From the IMG/VR virus record IMGVR_UViG_3300029288_000138, positions 1-64,000 of that record: a DNA stretch of 64,000 nucleotides. One strand, written 5' to 3'. Source of the DNA: a virus (Duplodnaviria > Caudoviricetes). Made by a program: the position numbers and the translations under genes. Shown one piece after another: positions 35,351 to 46,476 of the stretch. The notes beneath the pieces were generated by a model. That model searched no databases. It worked only from the letters and a program-made list of their open reading frames with translations, and was not told where the DNA came from. Numbering within the stretch: the first letter of the stretch is position 1; every line of letters begins with the position of its first letter.

Positions 35351-38300
35351 TTGGAGAAATCATTGGTAATCTTAACAGCATTAAATCGTTTGAACTTAGG
35401 CTCTAAACGATACAAAGTAATAGACGAAAATCCTAATTCTAAATATTTTCAAGTATTTGGTTTAACTGACAAAGTATATGGTATAGGAAAGCATTCATTT
35501 ATATTATATGGTTCACCATACTTAATAAAAGGAACTGATATTATAATTGAAATACTTGATATCGAGGGCCAACCAATAGTTTGTCGCGGGGTTCAAGATG
35601 ATAAATCATTGCCTGGCTGACGAGTATGATTTAAAGTAACTAAGGCTCATACATCAGGTATAGCAACTATATCAATAGCGGGAAGTGTTGCTGGACTGGG
35701 AGATACTATAGGCGGTAACCCAAATGCTATCTGACAAAAAACAATATCAATCAATACAGAATTAGCTAATAATAGCGATATAATTTTTAAAGAGACCCCA
35801 AGCTTTACAGTTACTGAAACTATTAGTACTGACTTAGATAAAGATTTAAAATATAGATCTTATGCAAATTTTTATCTAACTGATATGGAAACATATTCTG
35901 GTCAAGTTAATTCGGTCAATGTATATTGTTTAAGTACCGGATCTATTAGTAGTTCTGTCAATCCGTGAAAATTATTAACAAAGAAATCTATTCCAGCAAC
36001 TGCCGGAATTAATGATAATTCTTATTCATTTAAAACTCAAATTAATACTGAAAGAGAAAGAGACTATATATCATTTTATACTGAGTACTTAAATACTTTA
36101 GATGAACCGGCTAAAACAGTAAGTGGATATGTGTATACGGCATCAGTCATTGATACTCTATTTGAGGGGGCTCAAGATTATATTTTATCCGGAGCATTTG
36201 TTGGAGACGGGTTTGTAACAGGATCAATATTCTTAAGCAATACTAGGCACTCTGGTATAAAAATGGCTGGAACTAATTCTGGTTACATATTATCAGTTGG
36301 GTATGATGGATTTCTTAGTGCATCATTAGGATTAACTGGACCTGGATTCTTAATTTATAGTGGTTCTGTTCTACCAAGTAGTGGTGATGGTTATACAGGA
36401 GTTGGTATAGAATTAGTTGCAAACAGTAGTAGTTATTTAAGATACTCTACTAATCCAGATAGATTTGAGGTTGTAACAAAAACAGTTTTTCTAGGAACAA
36501 CTGGTAGTGCTTTTGTATCATGTTCTGATGGTTATTTACAAATATATTCTGCTAATTTTAGAATAGATAAAAATGGCAATGTTTATATATCTGGATCAAT
36601 ATCGGCATCTGAAGGATACATTGGTGGATGACAAATACTATCAGATAGATTGCAATCAACAAATAATAATATGATACTGTCTGGTTCTGGTGTTATTTCT
36701 TCATCAAATTTTTATGTATCTGAAGCGGGAAATTTAACGGCATCTAATGCTTGATTCAAAGGTATAATCAGTTCATCAGAAGGAAACATAGGCGGGTGGA
36801 CAATTTCTAATGGTAAACTAGTATCTAATAATAATAACATGATGTTATCCTCTTCAGGTGTTATCTCATCTTCATATTTCTATGTTGATGAATTTGGTAA
36901 TTTGTCTGCGTCTTCTGGTTGGTTTGTTGGAACAGTGACAGCATCTAGAGTTGTAACAGGTGATGGTATAATATCAAATTGAATATTGAGCCCGGAATAT
37001 TTGTCTGATGCAAATGATAAAATTAAACTACAACCAGCTGGACCATATATTATATCATCTTCTCAATTTCAAGTTGATATTAATGGCGGCCTAACTGCAT
37101 CCAATGCTATAATAAAAGGCAACATTCAAGCCGATTCTGGTTATATAGGAAATTGAATATTAGATGCGGGTAGATTATCCGGTTCATATATTACTATGGA
37201 TGCTACTGATTCTAGAATATTTAAAACAGATGATAATAATGATGCCACCGGATACTATATAGATTTTACTCCAGGCGCTGGTGATAAGTATTATGTAAGA
37301 TTTGGGCCAAATTTTGCTGTATCTTCATCTGGTATTTTAATAGCATCTGGTGCAATTATCGAAGGTGTATTAACTGCATCAGCTGGTTATATAGGTGGTT
37401 GAAAAATAGAAACAGATAGATTGATATCCGATGGGTCACCATATGTTACAATGATATCAAATACTACGGAAAATTTGGCAATTTCAGCCGGGGCCGTTTC
37501 ATATCATCTAACTGGTAGCGCACCGTTTATAGTAACACATGCGGGTGCTATAACAGGATCACAAGTTTTATTTACTGGTGGCAAAATTGGTGGATGAACA
37601 ATAGGAAATAATCTTTCATCAACTGGTATAACTTTGGTACCAAGTGATGCCATAGAATTAGGAACGGCCACCGCATATGATACTGGCAATGGTATATGAT
37701 TGGGAAATGATGGAGCTGCTAGATTTGGTAATGCTGCAGCATCTAGGTTACAATGAAATTTAACTAATATTGAAATATACAATTCAACAAATGAAAAAAT
37801 AATTTCATTTGGTAACACAAATACTATTGCCGGGTGATCGATTACCACTAGCAGCATAAGTAAGAATTCAGTATGTATTGATGCTGAAACTGAAAAAATA
37901 TATGTTTCTAATTCAGGGTATGTAGTTGCAATTGGTAAATATGATGGTTCAAATTATGGTATATATGCTAATGATGGTTCTAATACATTATTTGAAATGG
38001 GAACAAATGGAAATACTATTGCTAATTGAACTATATCCAGTGGTTCATTAAGATCTCCGAGTGATGAAATTATATTAGATTCTACTAATAAAAAAATAGT
38101 AGTTGGAAATAATATTGTAATTGATGGAGCAAATAAATCTATCAGCTCTAATGGATATCAATCTGGTATTAAAGGATTTAATATAACTCCAGAATATGCA
38201 GAGTTTGGTAATGTATCTGTAAGAGGAGAAATTCATTCCGCAGTATTTACAAAGGATATTATCAATGCTGTTAATGGCTATTTAATGATAGCAAATTCAT

Positions 38301-41300
38301 CTATTTTATCAGAATCTATAGATGATGCTCAAACATATATACTAGTTAATGATAATGTTTTTAAAGATAATGATATACTAAGATTTAAAGATGAAACAAA
38401 CAGTGAATATTTATTAATTACTGGTTCTATTAATACTGGTTCGGCTCCATATAAATTTGATGTAACAAGAGATTATGATGGAACTGGGGCAAATGTATGG
38501 TCATCTGGTTCTGCTGTTGTTTCTACTGCTCAATCTGGTAGCGGATATATTTTATTAGATGCTTCTTCTAATTACTCACCTTTTATGGATATTATTATTA
38601 GAACTGGATCTGGTTGAAATGATATAGAAACTAGAGCACGATTGGGAAGTTTAGCTGGCATAACTGATTTAGATGTAGGGCTTTCTGCAGGAAACAATCA
38701 ATATGGTTTATACTCAGATAATGTTTATTTAAGAGGAGGAATAGTTGCCAAGACGGGTTCAATTGGTGGATGGGAAATAACAACGGAAGACATTCATTCA
38801 TCAGGAAGAACTAATAATTCAGGTATTACATTAAGATCAGATTATATTGGATTATCAGGTAGTGGGGCTACTTTATACTTAGGTGCTACAACTGATTATA
38901 TTAAATGAAATGGTTCTAATTTATATATAAATTTAAGTAATTTTGAATTATCTTCTAATAATATTGATATATCTTCTATAAATGCCTCAATGTCTTTGGG
39001 CGAAGGAAAAATAGTATTACAGGGGGATGCAACTAATCCATACATATCAATAAATCAAGCAACTAAAGGATATGATCAAACAGGTGAATTTATTGGATAT
39101 GATTCTGGTGTTGGTAAATTCTCATTAAAAACAGATACTACTAAATACTTTTTATACGATGGAACTGATTTATTTTTTAAGTCTCCTAGATTTGTATTAA
39201 ATAGCGATACCGGATTCCTATCTATTTCTGGTTCTATAACAGCGTCGAATGGTATATTTGAAGGATATATGATCGCCGGCGAATCAAAGATTGGTAAAGA
39301 TGTAGGGGGGGTTGGTTCTAGTGGATTATATCTCAATGCTACAAATTATGCATATGATACTGGAAATTACAGATGGGGTGATGCTACAAATTACTTTTCA
39401 TCATCCGGCAAATTGGTTAGTACTAATTTTGAATTGTCAGGGAGCACGACTTTAAGAATTGGAACAGACAAAATTGCACTAGGTACGAATGCTGATGAAA
39501 TAACTTTATCTGCAGGAACTGGATTTTATACAAACGTTTCTGGGCATTTTAAGGTTGGATCAACAACTGAATATATTACTTGAGATGGTTCAAATTTAAA
39601 TATTTTAACGGATAATATATTCTTATCAGGTAGTAATGTTCAAATTATTACAGAGAATTTCTTATTAGGAAACAATCAAAATTATATCAGTGGTTCTGAT
39701 AATGGGTTAACTATACAAACTAGTAACGCAATCATTAGTGGTAGCAGTGTTATTATTGATACTCCTATATTCTTTTTAGGAGATACTGGTAGTGCATATA
39801 TATCTGGATCAGATGGAAAATTAGAAATAAATTCTACTAATTTTACTTTAGATAATGCGGGAAATATTTATATATCTGGTATAATATCAGCATCTGAGGG
39901 TAATATAGGCGGGTGACAAATATTATCAGATAAATTGCAATCAACAAATAATAACATGATGTTGTCATCCTCTGGTGTTATTTCAGCATCTAATTTTTAT
40001 ATATCTGAAGCTGGTAATTTAACAGCAAGTAATGCAAATTTTCAGGGTATTATATCATCATCAGAAGGCAATATTGGCGGATTTACTATAAATTCTACTC
40101 AAATAAATGATGAAGGAAATAATCTAATCCTGAAATCTAATGGCCAAATAACAGCATCAAATGCACAAATATCAGGTAGTATAGTTGCTGATAATTTAAC
40201 AATAAATAATGATATTCTACTGGGTCATAATCTAGATGTAGCTGCAGGCGGTTCCATTACTAATGATAATGTTACCATTGATGATTCCGGAATTCAAATC
40301 AATAGTGGTTCAATAACATTAGGATCAAATTTCCATGTTGATTTACTAGGAAATTTAACTGCAAGTAATGCTCAATTTTCCGGTAGTATTATAGTACAAT
40401 CTGGAAAAATTGGGAAATGAAATATTGGTAATGATAGTATATATTCTGGTAGTATATATTTAGGGGGTGGTTTATCATGGTACACTTTAGATGCATTTGG
40501 TATTACTCTTGATGGTGGTGAAGTAGTCGATACTGGGTATAATTATTGGATAAGAACAGAGGATAATGATTATCTATTTAACGTCGGTTCTAGTAGTAAG
40601 TATATAAACTGAGACGGAAGCAATTTAAGTTGAAAAGGAAACAATACTGAATTAACTTCCGATGGACAATTTACTGCCAGTCAAGCTAAAATAACAGGTG
40701 ATATAAATTGCAATAATATTACTGCTAATTCAGGTTCTATAAGTGGATGGGTTCTTAGTGATGATTACTTAACTGGGGTTGGTGGGTCGATCAAAACTGC
40801 TGCAAGTGGGCAGAGGGTGGTAATTAACGGTGCTGATAATACATTAAAATTTTATAAGCAGGGATTGGATAATCCGATAATAATAATAGATGATAATACA
40901 TTTGGGGGAGAGCCAGGTATAAAAATACTTTCTGGATCGATTTATATTTATGAAATCTATATAGATAATAATTCATTTATTGGTAGAGGGTATATAAAGA
41001 CAAAATTAAATTTTATTGATGATTTGATGGGTCGTGCAATATGGGCTACCATTAGCGATCCATCTGATTACACATATGCTCAGAAAAGAATAGCAGTATA
41101 TGCGGACGCTAATGTAGATAATGAGGCAAATACTTCTATTCCTATAGGAATTTATGGGTCTGCTGTTACAGCAAATAGCGCGATATCAGCTTGGGCAGGA
41201 TATTTTGATAATGGTGATGTCCTTATTAAAAATTATCTCCGTGTTGGTGGTCTTGCAGATAATATTACAGAAGCATTTGGCATAAAGTTTGGTTCAAGTG

Positions 41301-41791
41301 AAGATACTAATCTTTATCGCTCAGCTGCAAATGTATTGAAGACAGATGATTCTCTGCATGTAGGTACAAATTTAATTGTCACCGGTAGTATTGTAGTTGG
41401 TGATTATTTAGTTTCTAGATGTATTGCCGGTTCAACTGTTAGGAATTCTCATGATGCTGAAACCAATACTGCAGAAGGTTCTTACACAAAATTAAAGACA
41501 ATCACATTTTCAAATGGTTTTATAGGTCAGTTTAGGTGTACCTGACAGATGAAGATATTAGTATATGGTACAGGTTATGCAAAGTTATACAAGAATGGTG
41601 TCGCCATAGATGGTACTGAAAATACTACAACCAATACCAGTTATGAAGCGAAAACAGAGGACGTAACTCTTGATTTTGATTCGACCGATACATTGGAATT
41701 GTGAGCTTATACTACAGATTCTCCTGTCTATGTCAAAGAATTAAGACTCTCATATGATTATAATCCAACAGTGCCTTCTTCGAATAGTTAG
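35351..41791 (+). CDS. Giant tail-fibre-like protein (2146 aa, TGA=Trp)
   Basis: All eight + strand track ORFs share one frame; at least 20 in-frame TGA; repeated SASxGxIGGWxI motif; ends TAG 41789-41791. Confidence 0.8.
36566..36805 (+). repeat. In-frame internal duplication of about 240 nt (second copy 39851-40090)
   Basis: Near-identical ISASEGxIGGWQILSDxLQSTNNNM...NLTASNA segments, offset 3285 nt. Confidence 0.85.
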
Positions 41792-41922
41792 TTTACAAAA
41801 GTTATTCAAAAAAAAAATCTAGTTTTTCTCTTCTTGTAATATATTTATATATGATAAGTAAATTGCTGATTATACATTATAACAGCAATAAATATTCAAC
41901 CTAACAAACAAGGAGAATTACA

Positions 41923-42393
41923 ATGAAAAATTCATTAGTAAAATTTAATCGTTCTAATCCAATTTTTAGAGATGATGTTGTAACAAGATTTGATGACTTT
42001 TTTGATTCTGTATTCAATCATTTCATAACGCCTTTTGGCCCGATTGCTATTTCTGAAAGCGGGTATCCAAAAGTTAATGTTATCGAAAAGACTGATTCAT
42101 ATGTCATTGAAGCATCAGTTCCAGGAATGAACAAAAACAATATCAAAATAACTACTAAAGATGGAATAGTAAGAATATCAGGTGAAAGAAGAAATGAGCA
42201 AGAGATAAATAAAGAAAATTATTTATGCCGAGAATTAAAGTGCTCATCATTCTCTAGAAGTTTCGATTTTGATGGAATTGCTAATTTTGATCAAATTACT
42301 AGTAAATTAGAAAATGGAATACTAATTATCAATGTTCCCAAAAAGAAAGAAATTATTGAAAAAGAAGAATTTAAAGAAATAAAAATAGAATAA
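41923..42393 (+). CDS. hsp20: Small heat-shock protein (Hsp20/alpha-crystallin)
   Basis: YPKVNVIE, VPGMNK, FSRSF, LENGILII motifs. Confidence 0.9.
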   Translation: MKNSLVKFNRSNPIFRDDVVTRFDDFFDSVFNHFITPFGPIAISESGYPKVNVIEKTDSYVIEASVPGMNKNNIKITTKDGIVRISGERRNEQEINKENYLCRELKCSSFSRSFDFDGIANFDQITSKLENGILIINVPKKKEIIEKEEFKEIKIE

Positions 42394-42407
42394 AGGAAAA
42401 ATAACAA

Positions 42408-42629
42408 ATGTCAGAACAACAATTAGATTTAAAAGAAATAATTAGTGCTATTAATCTTTGTCAACAAGAATCGCAAAAGTATAATACAGTAGCAAATACA
42501 TTATCTAAATGCGCATTACTAGTGCAGAGTTTATTAAAACAAGGTGAAGAACAAGCGGCAATAGAACGCCCGGCGGCACCCGAAAGTAATACAGAACCAA
42601 GCAAGGAAAACACTAAAGCAGAAGCATAA
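42408..42629 (+). CDS. Hypothetical protein
   Basis: 73 aa with RBS. Confidence 0.55.
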   Translation: MSEQQLDLKEIISAINLCQQESQKYNTVANTLSKCALLVQSLLKQGEEQAAIERPAAPESNTEPSKENTKAEA

Positions 42630-42660
42630 GCAATTAGCAAGATACAGAATTAGTTTTTTA

Positions 42661-42700
42661 AAATGCTCAGTATATATGTGTTGCTGGGCATTTTTTTTTT
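42661..42700 (+). terminator. Intrinsic terminator
   Basis: AAATGCTCAG...CTGGGCATTT hairpin followed by a T10 tract. Confidence 0.8.
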
Positions 42701-42774
42701 GTTTTTTCTCTTGTTTTTTAAATAATTTTATATTAAATTATAGCGTTATTTAAAATTAAAGAAAGGAAAAGAAA

Positions 42775-43170
42775 ATGAACGAGCGATTTCAAAAGATTTT
42801 TTTAGAAGCCCATCAGGCGGGAATGGCTGCTGGCAATGGTCATAATCCAACCCCAATGGTAGTTCAGCAGCACACCAATATGCTTAATGATAATAGTCCA
42901 GTCGAGCAAGAATGGGCAGTTCCCGATGGAGTATGCGGGTTTGCTTGGGTGGTATTAAAGCCTGCGAATAATGCCTTTGCAAAGTGGCTGGTTGCAAATG
43001 GATATGCCAGAAAAGATTCCTATTACGGCGGAGTAAGACTATCGGTGAGTTATTTTAACCAATCGATGGAACGAAAAGAAAAGTATGCTCGGGCATTTGC
43101 TGCAGTAATCAATAAATATAATGAAGAATTGAAATTGAAATATGCTTATCCAATGAGCAGGATGGACTAA
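42775..43170 (+). CDS. Conserved phage hypothetical protein
   Basis: GVCGFAWV...NQSMERKE pattern; early promoter upstream. Confidence 0.65.
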   Translation: MNERFQKIFLEAHQAGMAAGNGHNPTPMVVQQHTNMLNDNSPVEQEWAVPDGVCGFAWVVLKPANNAFAKWLVANGYARKDSYYGGVRLSVSYFNQSMERKEKYARAFAAVINKYNEELKLKYAYPMSRMD

Positions 43171-43273
43171 ATTAAAATTATTGTTTTATTGATTAGAATT
43201 ATTTAAATTATGATGCTTTTTAAAAATTAAAATTAGTTCGCCTTTAACTATTCAATAAGTTATTTAAAAATTG

Positions 43274-43428
43274 AATTTGGGATGTAAAAACTGACGGCTA
43301 TGGTGCATACCGCTATCAACGACCCAGTCTGGCTGCGCTGCCCACCTGAAATATGGTAAAAGTTGGATTTGCATGACTATGACCTTGGATTTTCGACAGA
43401 GAAAATCAAGTAGTACCCATCCTAAATT
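43274..43428 (+). ncRNA. Unclassified structured RNA
   Basis: 11-bp closing stem AATTTGGGATG/CATCCTAAATT with internal hairpins; no ORF. Confidence 0.5.
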
Positions 43429-43438
43429 ATATATGAAA

Positions 43439-43544
43439 GGCTACTGTGGCGAAATGGAAACCGCAAGACCTGAACCCGTACCAGTAGAATATCTACTGGT
43501 GTATCTAAAGCGGCAATGCAGGTTCGAATCCTGTCAGTAGCCCA
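43439..43544 (+). ncRNA. tRNA-like RNA A (non-canonical anticodon region)
   Basis: Acceptor GGCTACTG/CAGTAGCC, D arm, T arm GCAGG-TTCGAAT-CCTGT; the anticodon arm is replaced by about 50 nt with a 9-bp hairpin. Confidence 0.7.
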
Positions 43545-43570
43545 TAGTAATTAATAAAAGAGGATTAAAT

Positions 43571-43768
43571 ATGATTTCAGAAGTAATGAAAAAATGTATC
43601 GATAGTATGGATTATGAGAGTATGTTACGTCTTTGGCGATTTGCACCAATTGGGCATCCAATGTTTCAAGGCGAACTGGGACAGTATTATGCAGAAGCGA
43701 TGAACAGAAAGAGAGAAGAAGTTTGTAATGAGGAACAAGTTCGGATATCAAAGGAAATAGGTTGGTAA
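43571..43768 (+). CDS. Hypothetical protein
   Basis: 65 aa with RBS. Confidence 0.6.
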   Translation: MISEVMKKCIDSMDYESMLRLWRFAPIGHPMFQGELGQYYAEAMNRKREEVCNEEQVRISKEIGW

Positions 43769-43783
43769 AAATGAGGAGTAAAC

Positions 43784-44002
43784 ATGCAAGTAAATGAATT
43801 CAAACACGGAGATAGAGTAAAATATATTCCAACTCATGCAGAAGGTAATCAAAATCATCCCGATTGTGAAACAGGAATAGTATCATCTGTTAATGATAAA
43901 TTTGTATTTGTAAAATATGATAATGAAATGTGTATAATGGCAACCGGAGATGAACCGTATACTGCTCAGGCAACGAGACCTGAAGACTTGATTTTATTTT
44001 AA
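43784..44002 (+). CDS. Hypothetical SH3-like protein
   Basis: FKHGDRVKY...GIVSSVNDKFVFVKYD. Confidence 0.55.
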   Translation: MQVNEFKHGDRVKYIPTHAEGNQNHPDCETGIVSSVNDKFVFVKYDNEMCIMATGDEPYTAQATRPEDLILF

Positions 44003-44021
44003 TCTTTTTGAAAATTTTAAT

Positions 44022-44096
44022 GTAGATGTAGCTAAATTGGTATAGCAGTTGGCTGTTAACCAACGGGATAAAAGTTCAAATCTTTTCGTCTACGCA
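44022..44096 (+). tRNA. trnN: tRNA-Asn(GTT)
   Basis: GTTGG-CTGTTAA-CCAAC; full cloverleaf. Confidence 0.9.
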
Positions 44097-44128
44097 TAAT
44101 TATTGTTATTTGACATAGTGATAAAGAA

Positions 44129-44210
44129 TGCATTGGTAGCCCGATTGGCAAGGGGGCGGACTGTAAATCCGTTTAATCATCAAAGTAAGTTCGAATCTTC
44201 TCCAATGCAC
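44129..44210 (+). tRNA. trnY: tRNA-Tyr(GTA)
   Basis: GCGGA-CTGTAAA-TCCGT; long variable region. Confidence 0.9.
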
Positions 44211-44213
44211 TAC

Positions 44214-44289
44214 TGAGTCTTTAGCTAAATTGGTAAAGCAATCAGCCCTTACCTGATAGATTGTATGTTCAAGTCATATAAGACTCACT
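44214..44289 (+). tRNA. trnK: tRNA-Lys(CTT), C33
   Basis: ATCAG-CCCTTAC-CTGAT. Confidence 0.75.
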
Positions 44290-44296
44290 ATAAATA

Positions 44297-44375
44297 GGGC
44301 CTTTAACTCAGTTGGTTTTAGAGTGCTGAGCTCATAACTCAGGAGTCACCTGTTCAAATCAGGTAAGGCCCACCA
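44297..44375 (+). tRNA. tRNA-CAT (Met or lysidine-Ile)
   Basis: CTGAG-CTCATAA-CTCAG; encoded CCA. Confidence 0.85.
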
Positions 44376-44442
44376 AAAAATATTGGTTAAAATATAACGC
44401 CTTGGTAGAAAATTAAAATTTAACTAAATATAAAAAGTATTC

Positions 44443-44518
44443 GACCTTGTCATCTAATTGGTTAGGATATAAGACTTTCAATCTTATAATACAAGATCGT
44501 ATCTTGTCCGGGTTACTA
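44443..44518 (+). tRNA. trnE: tRNA-Glu(TTC)
   Basis: TAAGA-CTTTCAA-TCTTA. Confidence 0.8.
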
Positions 44519-44548
44519 AAATTTACTAATAGCATAAGGAGAAATAAC

Positions 44549-45067
44549 ATGGAAATTATTAATGCAATCATAGACAAAATTAAATGTAATTTTAATCCAG
44601 AATATCCAAGTATATATAGAAATTTACGGTATTTTTTCAATTCATTACTGGGTAGATATTCTTGGTATAATTCGTGGGGAATGCCATCATATATTGCAGA
44701 GAGAATGTTACCATTACTATATAATGTAAGAAAACAATGTCATTCATATCCCGGAATGTTAAGTAGCTTTGAAGAATGGCAAAATATTTTAGATGATATA
44801 ATATTTGCATTAGAATATTATATCTGTAATGAGCATCAATTTAATCCATTACGATATAGAAAATTGAAAAAGCAATTTACAAAAAAATATGGCTGGCATA
44901 CTACAAAAAATGAAAATTTTAAAAGAAAACCCTGTAGAGATATTATACAAGGATATTTCAATAATTTTCCATATAAATGTAATTATGATTTGCAGATCAA
45001 ATTTGAAGAAAGAATGCAGAGGGGGTTTGAATTAATGGGTAAATATTTTACATATCTATATGATTAA
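44549..45067 (+). CDS. Hypothetical protein
   Basis: The real start is probably ATG 44549 after AGGAGA; W...LDDIIFALE pattern. Confidence 0.65.
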   Translation: MEIINAIIDKIKCNFNPEYPSIYRNLRYFFNSLLGRYSWYNSWGMPSYIAERMLPLLYNVRKQCHSYPGMLSSFEEWQNILDDIIFALEYYICNEHQFNPLRYRKLKKQFTKKYGWHTTKNENFKRKPCRDIIQGYFNNFPYKCNYDLQIKFEERMQRGFELMGKYFTYLYD

Positions 45068-45080
45068 TAAACATTTAATT

Positions 45081-45154
45081 CTGGGTGTAATTTAATTGGT
45101 TAAACTCCGTGCCTTGGAAGCACGTTTATGCCTGTTCAAATCAGGCTGCCCAGA
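45081..45154 (+). tRNA. trnP: tRNA-Pro(TGG)
   Basis: CGTGC-CTTGGAA-GCACG. Confidence 0.9.
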
Positions 45155-45202
45155 CACTTTATTTTTTCTTGTTTTATTGATTAATTATATAATAAATTTA
45201 TT

Positions 45203-45278
45203 GGGGCTGGGGAATGCTTGGGGTGTTCGCCTCGCTTGCACCGAGGATATCAGGTCAGTTCAAATCCGACTAGCTCCA
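45203..45278 (+). tRNA. trnA: tRNA-Ala(TGC)
   Basis: CCTCG-CTTGCAC-CGAGG; G3:U70. Confidence 0.85.
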
Positions 45279-45297
45279 CAATATAGGAGATATACAT

Positions 45298-45501
45298 ATG
45301 AACAAAATACAAAATAAATACAAACTCATTGTTGCTCTATTCATATCATATGTAATAGAATCTATTGCATTAATTTTAATTGGAAAGAAGATGCTAAGTA
45401 CTACTGGATTATACTTATTAGCATGGATTCAATGGGGGCTAAATATTATAATTTCTTTTCTATCTTACATTTGGATAGATTCATTGGATAGAAAAAAGTA
45501 A
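45298..45501 (+). CDS. Small membrane protein
   Basis: Two hydrophobic segments; RBS AGGAGA. Confidence 0.55.
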   Translation: MNKIQNKYKLIVALFISYVIESIALILIGKKMLSTTGLYLLAWIQWGLNIIISFLSYIWIDSLDRKK

Positions 45502-45506
45502 ATAAT

Positions 45507-45597
45507 GGAGGAATCGCTCAACTGGTGGAGCAGCTGACTTGAAATCAGCCAGGCTATTAACAATAGTCTTGGGGGTTCGAATCCTCTTTCCTCCGCA
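45507..45597 (+). tRNA. trnS: tRNA-Ser(TGA)
   Basis: GCTGA-CTTGAAA-TCAGC; long variable arm; G73. Confidence 0.9.
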
Positions 45598-45656
45598 AAA
45601 ATTCATTACAAATAAGATATAATACTGAACAAAGAAAAAAAGAAGAGGACTCATTA

Positions 45657-46076
45657 ATGTTAAATTTTAAAGTATTCTCTAGACAAAATATAGAACAATA
45701 TCAAAGTAAAAATTCTTGGTGCTTAATTTCTATACGAGACCCTGGTAGTAATATTGTTTCTATAAATACAGATAATCTGATATCTTCTATTTACTTGGAT
45801 TTTTATGATTTAGATCAGTCAATTCCGGGCATGAAAAATTGCAAAATGATCGATAAATTCGATGCAATCAAAATTATAGAAATGGTCGAAGAATTTAAAC
45901 ATGTATGTAATACTTTTTGTATAAATTGTGAAGCCGGAGAAAGTAGAAGTTCCGGAGTAGCAGCGGCATTATCTAAAATATACAATAAAAATGATGATGT
46001 GTATTTTCAATCATATTGCCCAAATAGACTTGTATATAGAACAATTTTATCAGTAGCATTTGATATGGATTTATGA
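45657..46076 (+). CDS. Dual-specificity/tyrosine phosphatase-like protein
   Basis: INCEAGESRSSGVAAAL (CX5R) motif; ends at TGA, or at TAG 46080-46082 if read through. Confidence 0.75.
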   Translation: MLNFKVFSRQNIEQYQSKNSWCLISIRDPGSNIVSINTDNLISSIYLDFYDLDQSIPGMKNCKMIDKFDAIKIIEMVEEFKHVCNTFCINCEAGESRSSGVAAALSKIYNKNDDVYFQSYCPNRLVYRTILSVAFDMDL

Positions 46077-46081
46077 GAATA

Positions 46082-46154
46082 GGGCTCTTATTCTAACTGG
46101 ATAAAATGCAAGGCTACGACCCTTGAGATGCAAGTTCAAATCTTGTAGAGCCCT
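46082..46154 (+). tRNA. trnR: tRNA-Arg(ACG)
   Basis: CAAGG-CTACGAC-CCTTG. Confidence 0.85.
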
Positions 46155-46162
46155 CTTATTTA

Positions 46163-46237
46163 ACCGGGTATAGTTCAATTGGTAGAACGCCAGCCTTCCA
46201 AGTTGGTTGTTAAGAGTTCAAGTCTCTTTGCCCGGTC
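46163..46237 (+). tRNA. trnG: tRNA-Gly(TCC)
   Basis: CCAGC-CTTCCAA-GTTGG. Confidence 0.9.
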
Positions 46238-46238
46238 T

Positions 46239-46310
46239 GTGACTGTAGTTTAATGGTAAAACGCATGGCTGTGGCCCATGTCATACGGATTCGATTTCCG
46301 TCAGTCACCA
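46239..46310 (+). tRNA. trnH: tRNA-His(GTG)
   Basis: CATGG-CTGTGGC-CCATG. Confidence 0.9.
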
Positions 46311-46326
46311 ATAATATTATGTATTA

Positions 46327-46400
46327 TGGGCAATAGTTTAATGGTAAAATCCCGGTCTCCAAAACCGATAGATGAGAGTTCAAATCTTTCTTGCCCGGCA
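46327..46400 (+). tRNA. trnW: tRNA-Trp(CCA) with 4-bp anticodon stem
   Basis: CCGGT-CTCCAAA-ACCGA (C27.A43 mismatch); D stem GTTT/AAAT; G73. Confidence 0.9.
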
Positions 46401-46476
46401 ATAAATTTTTTCTTCTAGGCGCTATATTTATTTATGGATAAATAAAAAGATATAACTATAACTAGGAGAAAATAAA

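Noticed and set aside
2587-41791. Structural genes as pseudogenes or sequencing-error fragments
   Set aside because: Fragments stay in one frame, are broken only by TGA (never TAA/TAG), and TGA falls at Trp-type positions.
35351-41791. TGA=Gly (code 25) or selenocysteine
   Set aside because: TGA alternates with TGG/Phe in the IGG-W-x-I repeat and does not occupy Gly or Cys positions; no SECIS or sel genes were seen.
43274-43428. tmRNA or SRP RNA
   Set aside because: No tmRNA T-arm/ACCA end or tag ORF, and no SRP GGAA domain IV motif recognisable.
45507-45597. tRNA with anticodon TGA as the suppressor
   Set aside because: Anticodon UGA reads Ser UCA; the long variable arm and G73 confirm tRNA-Ser.
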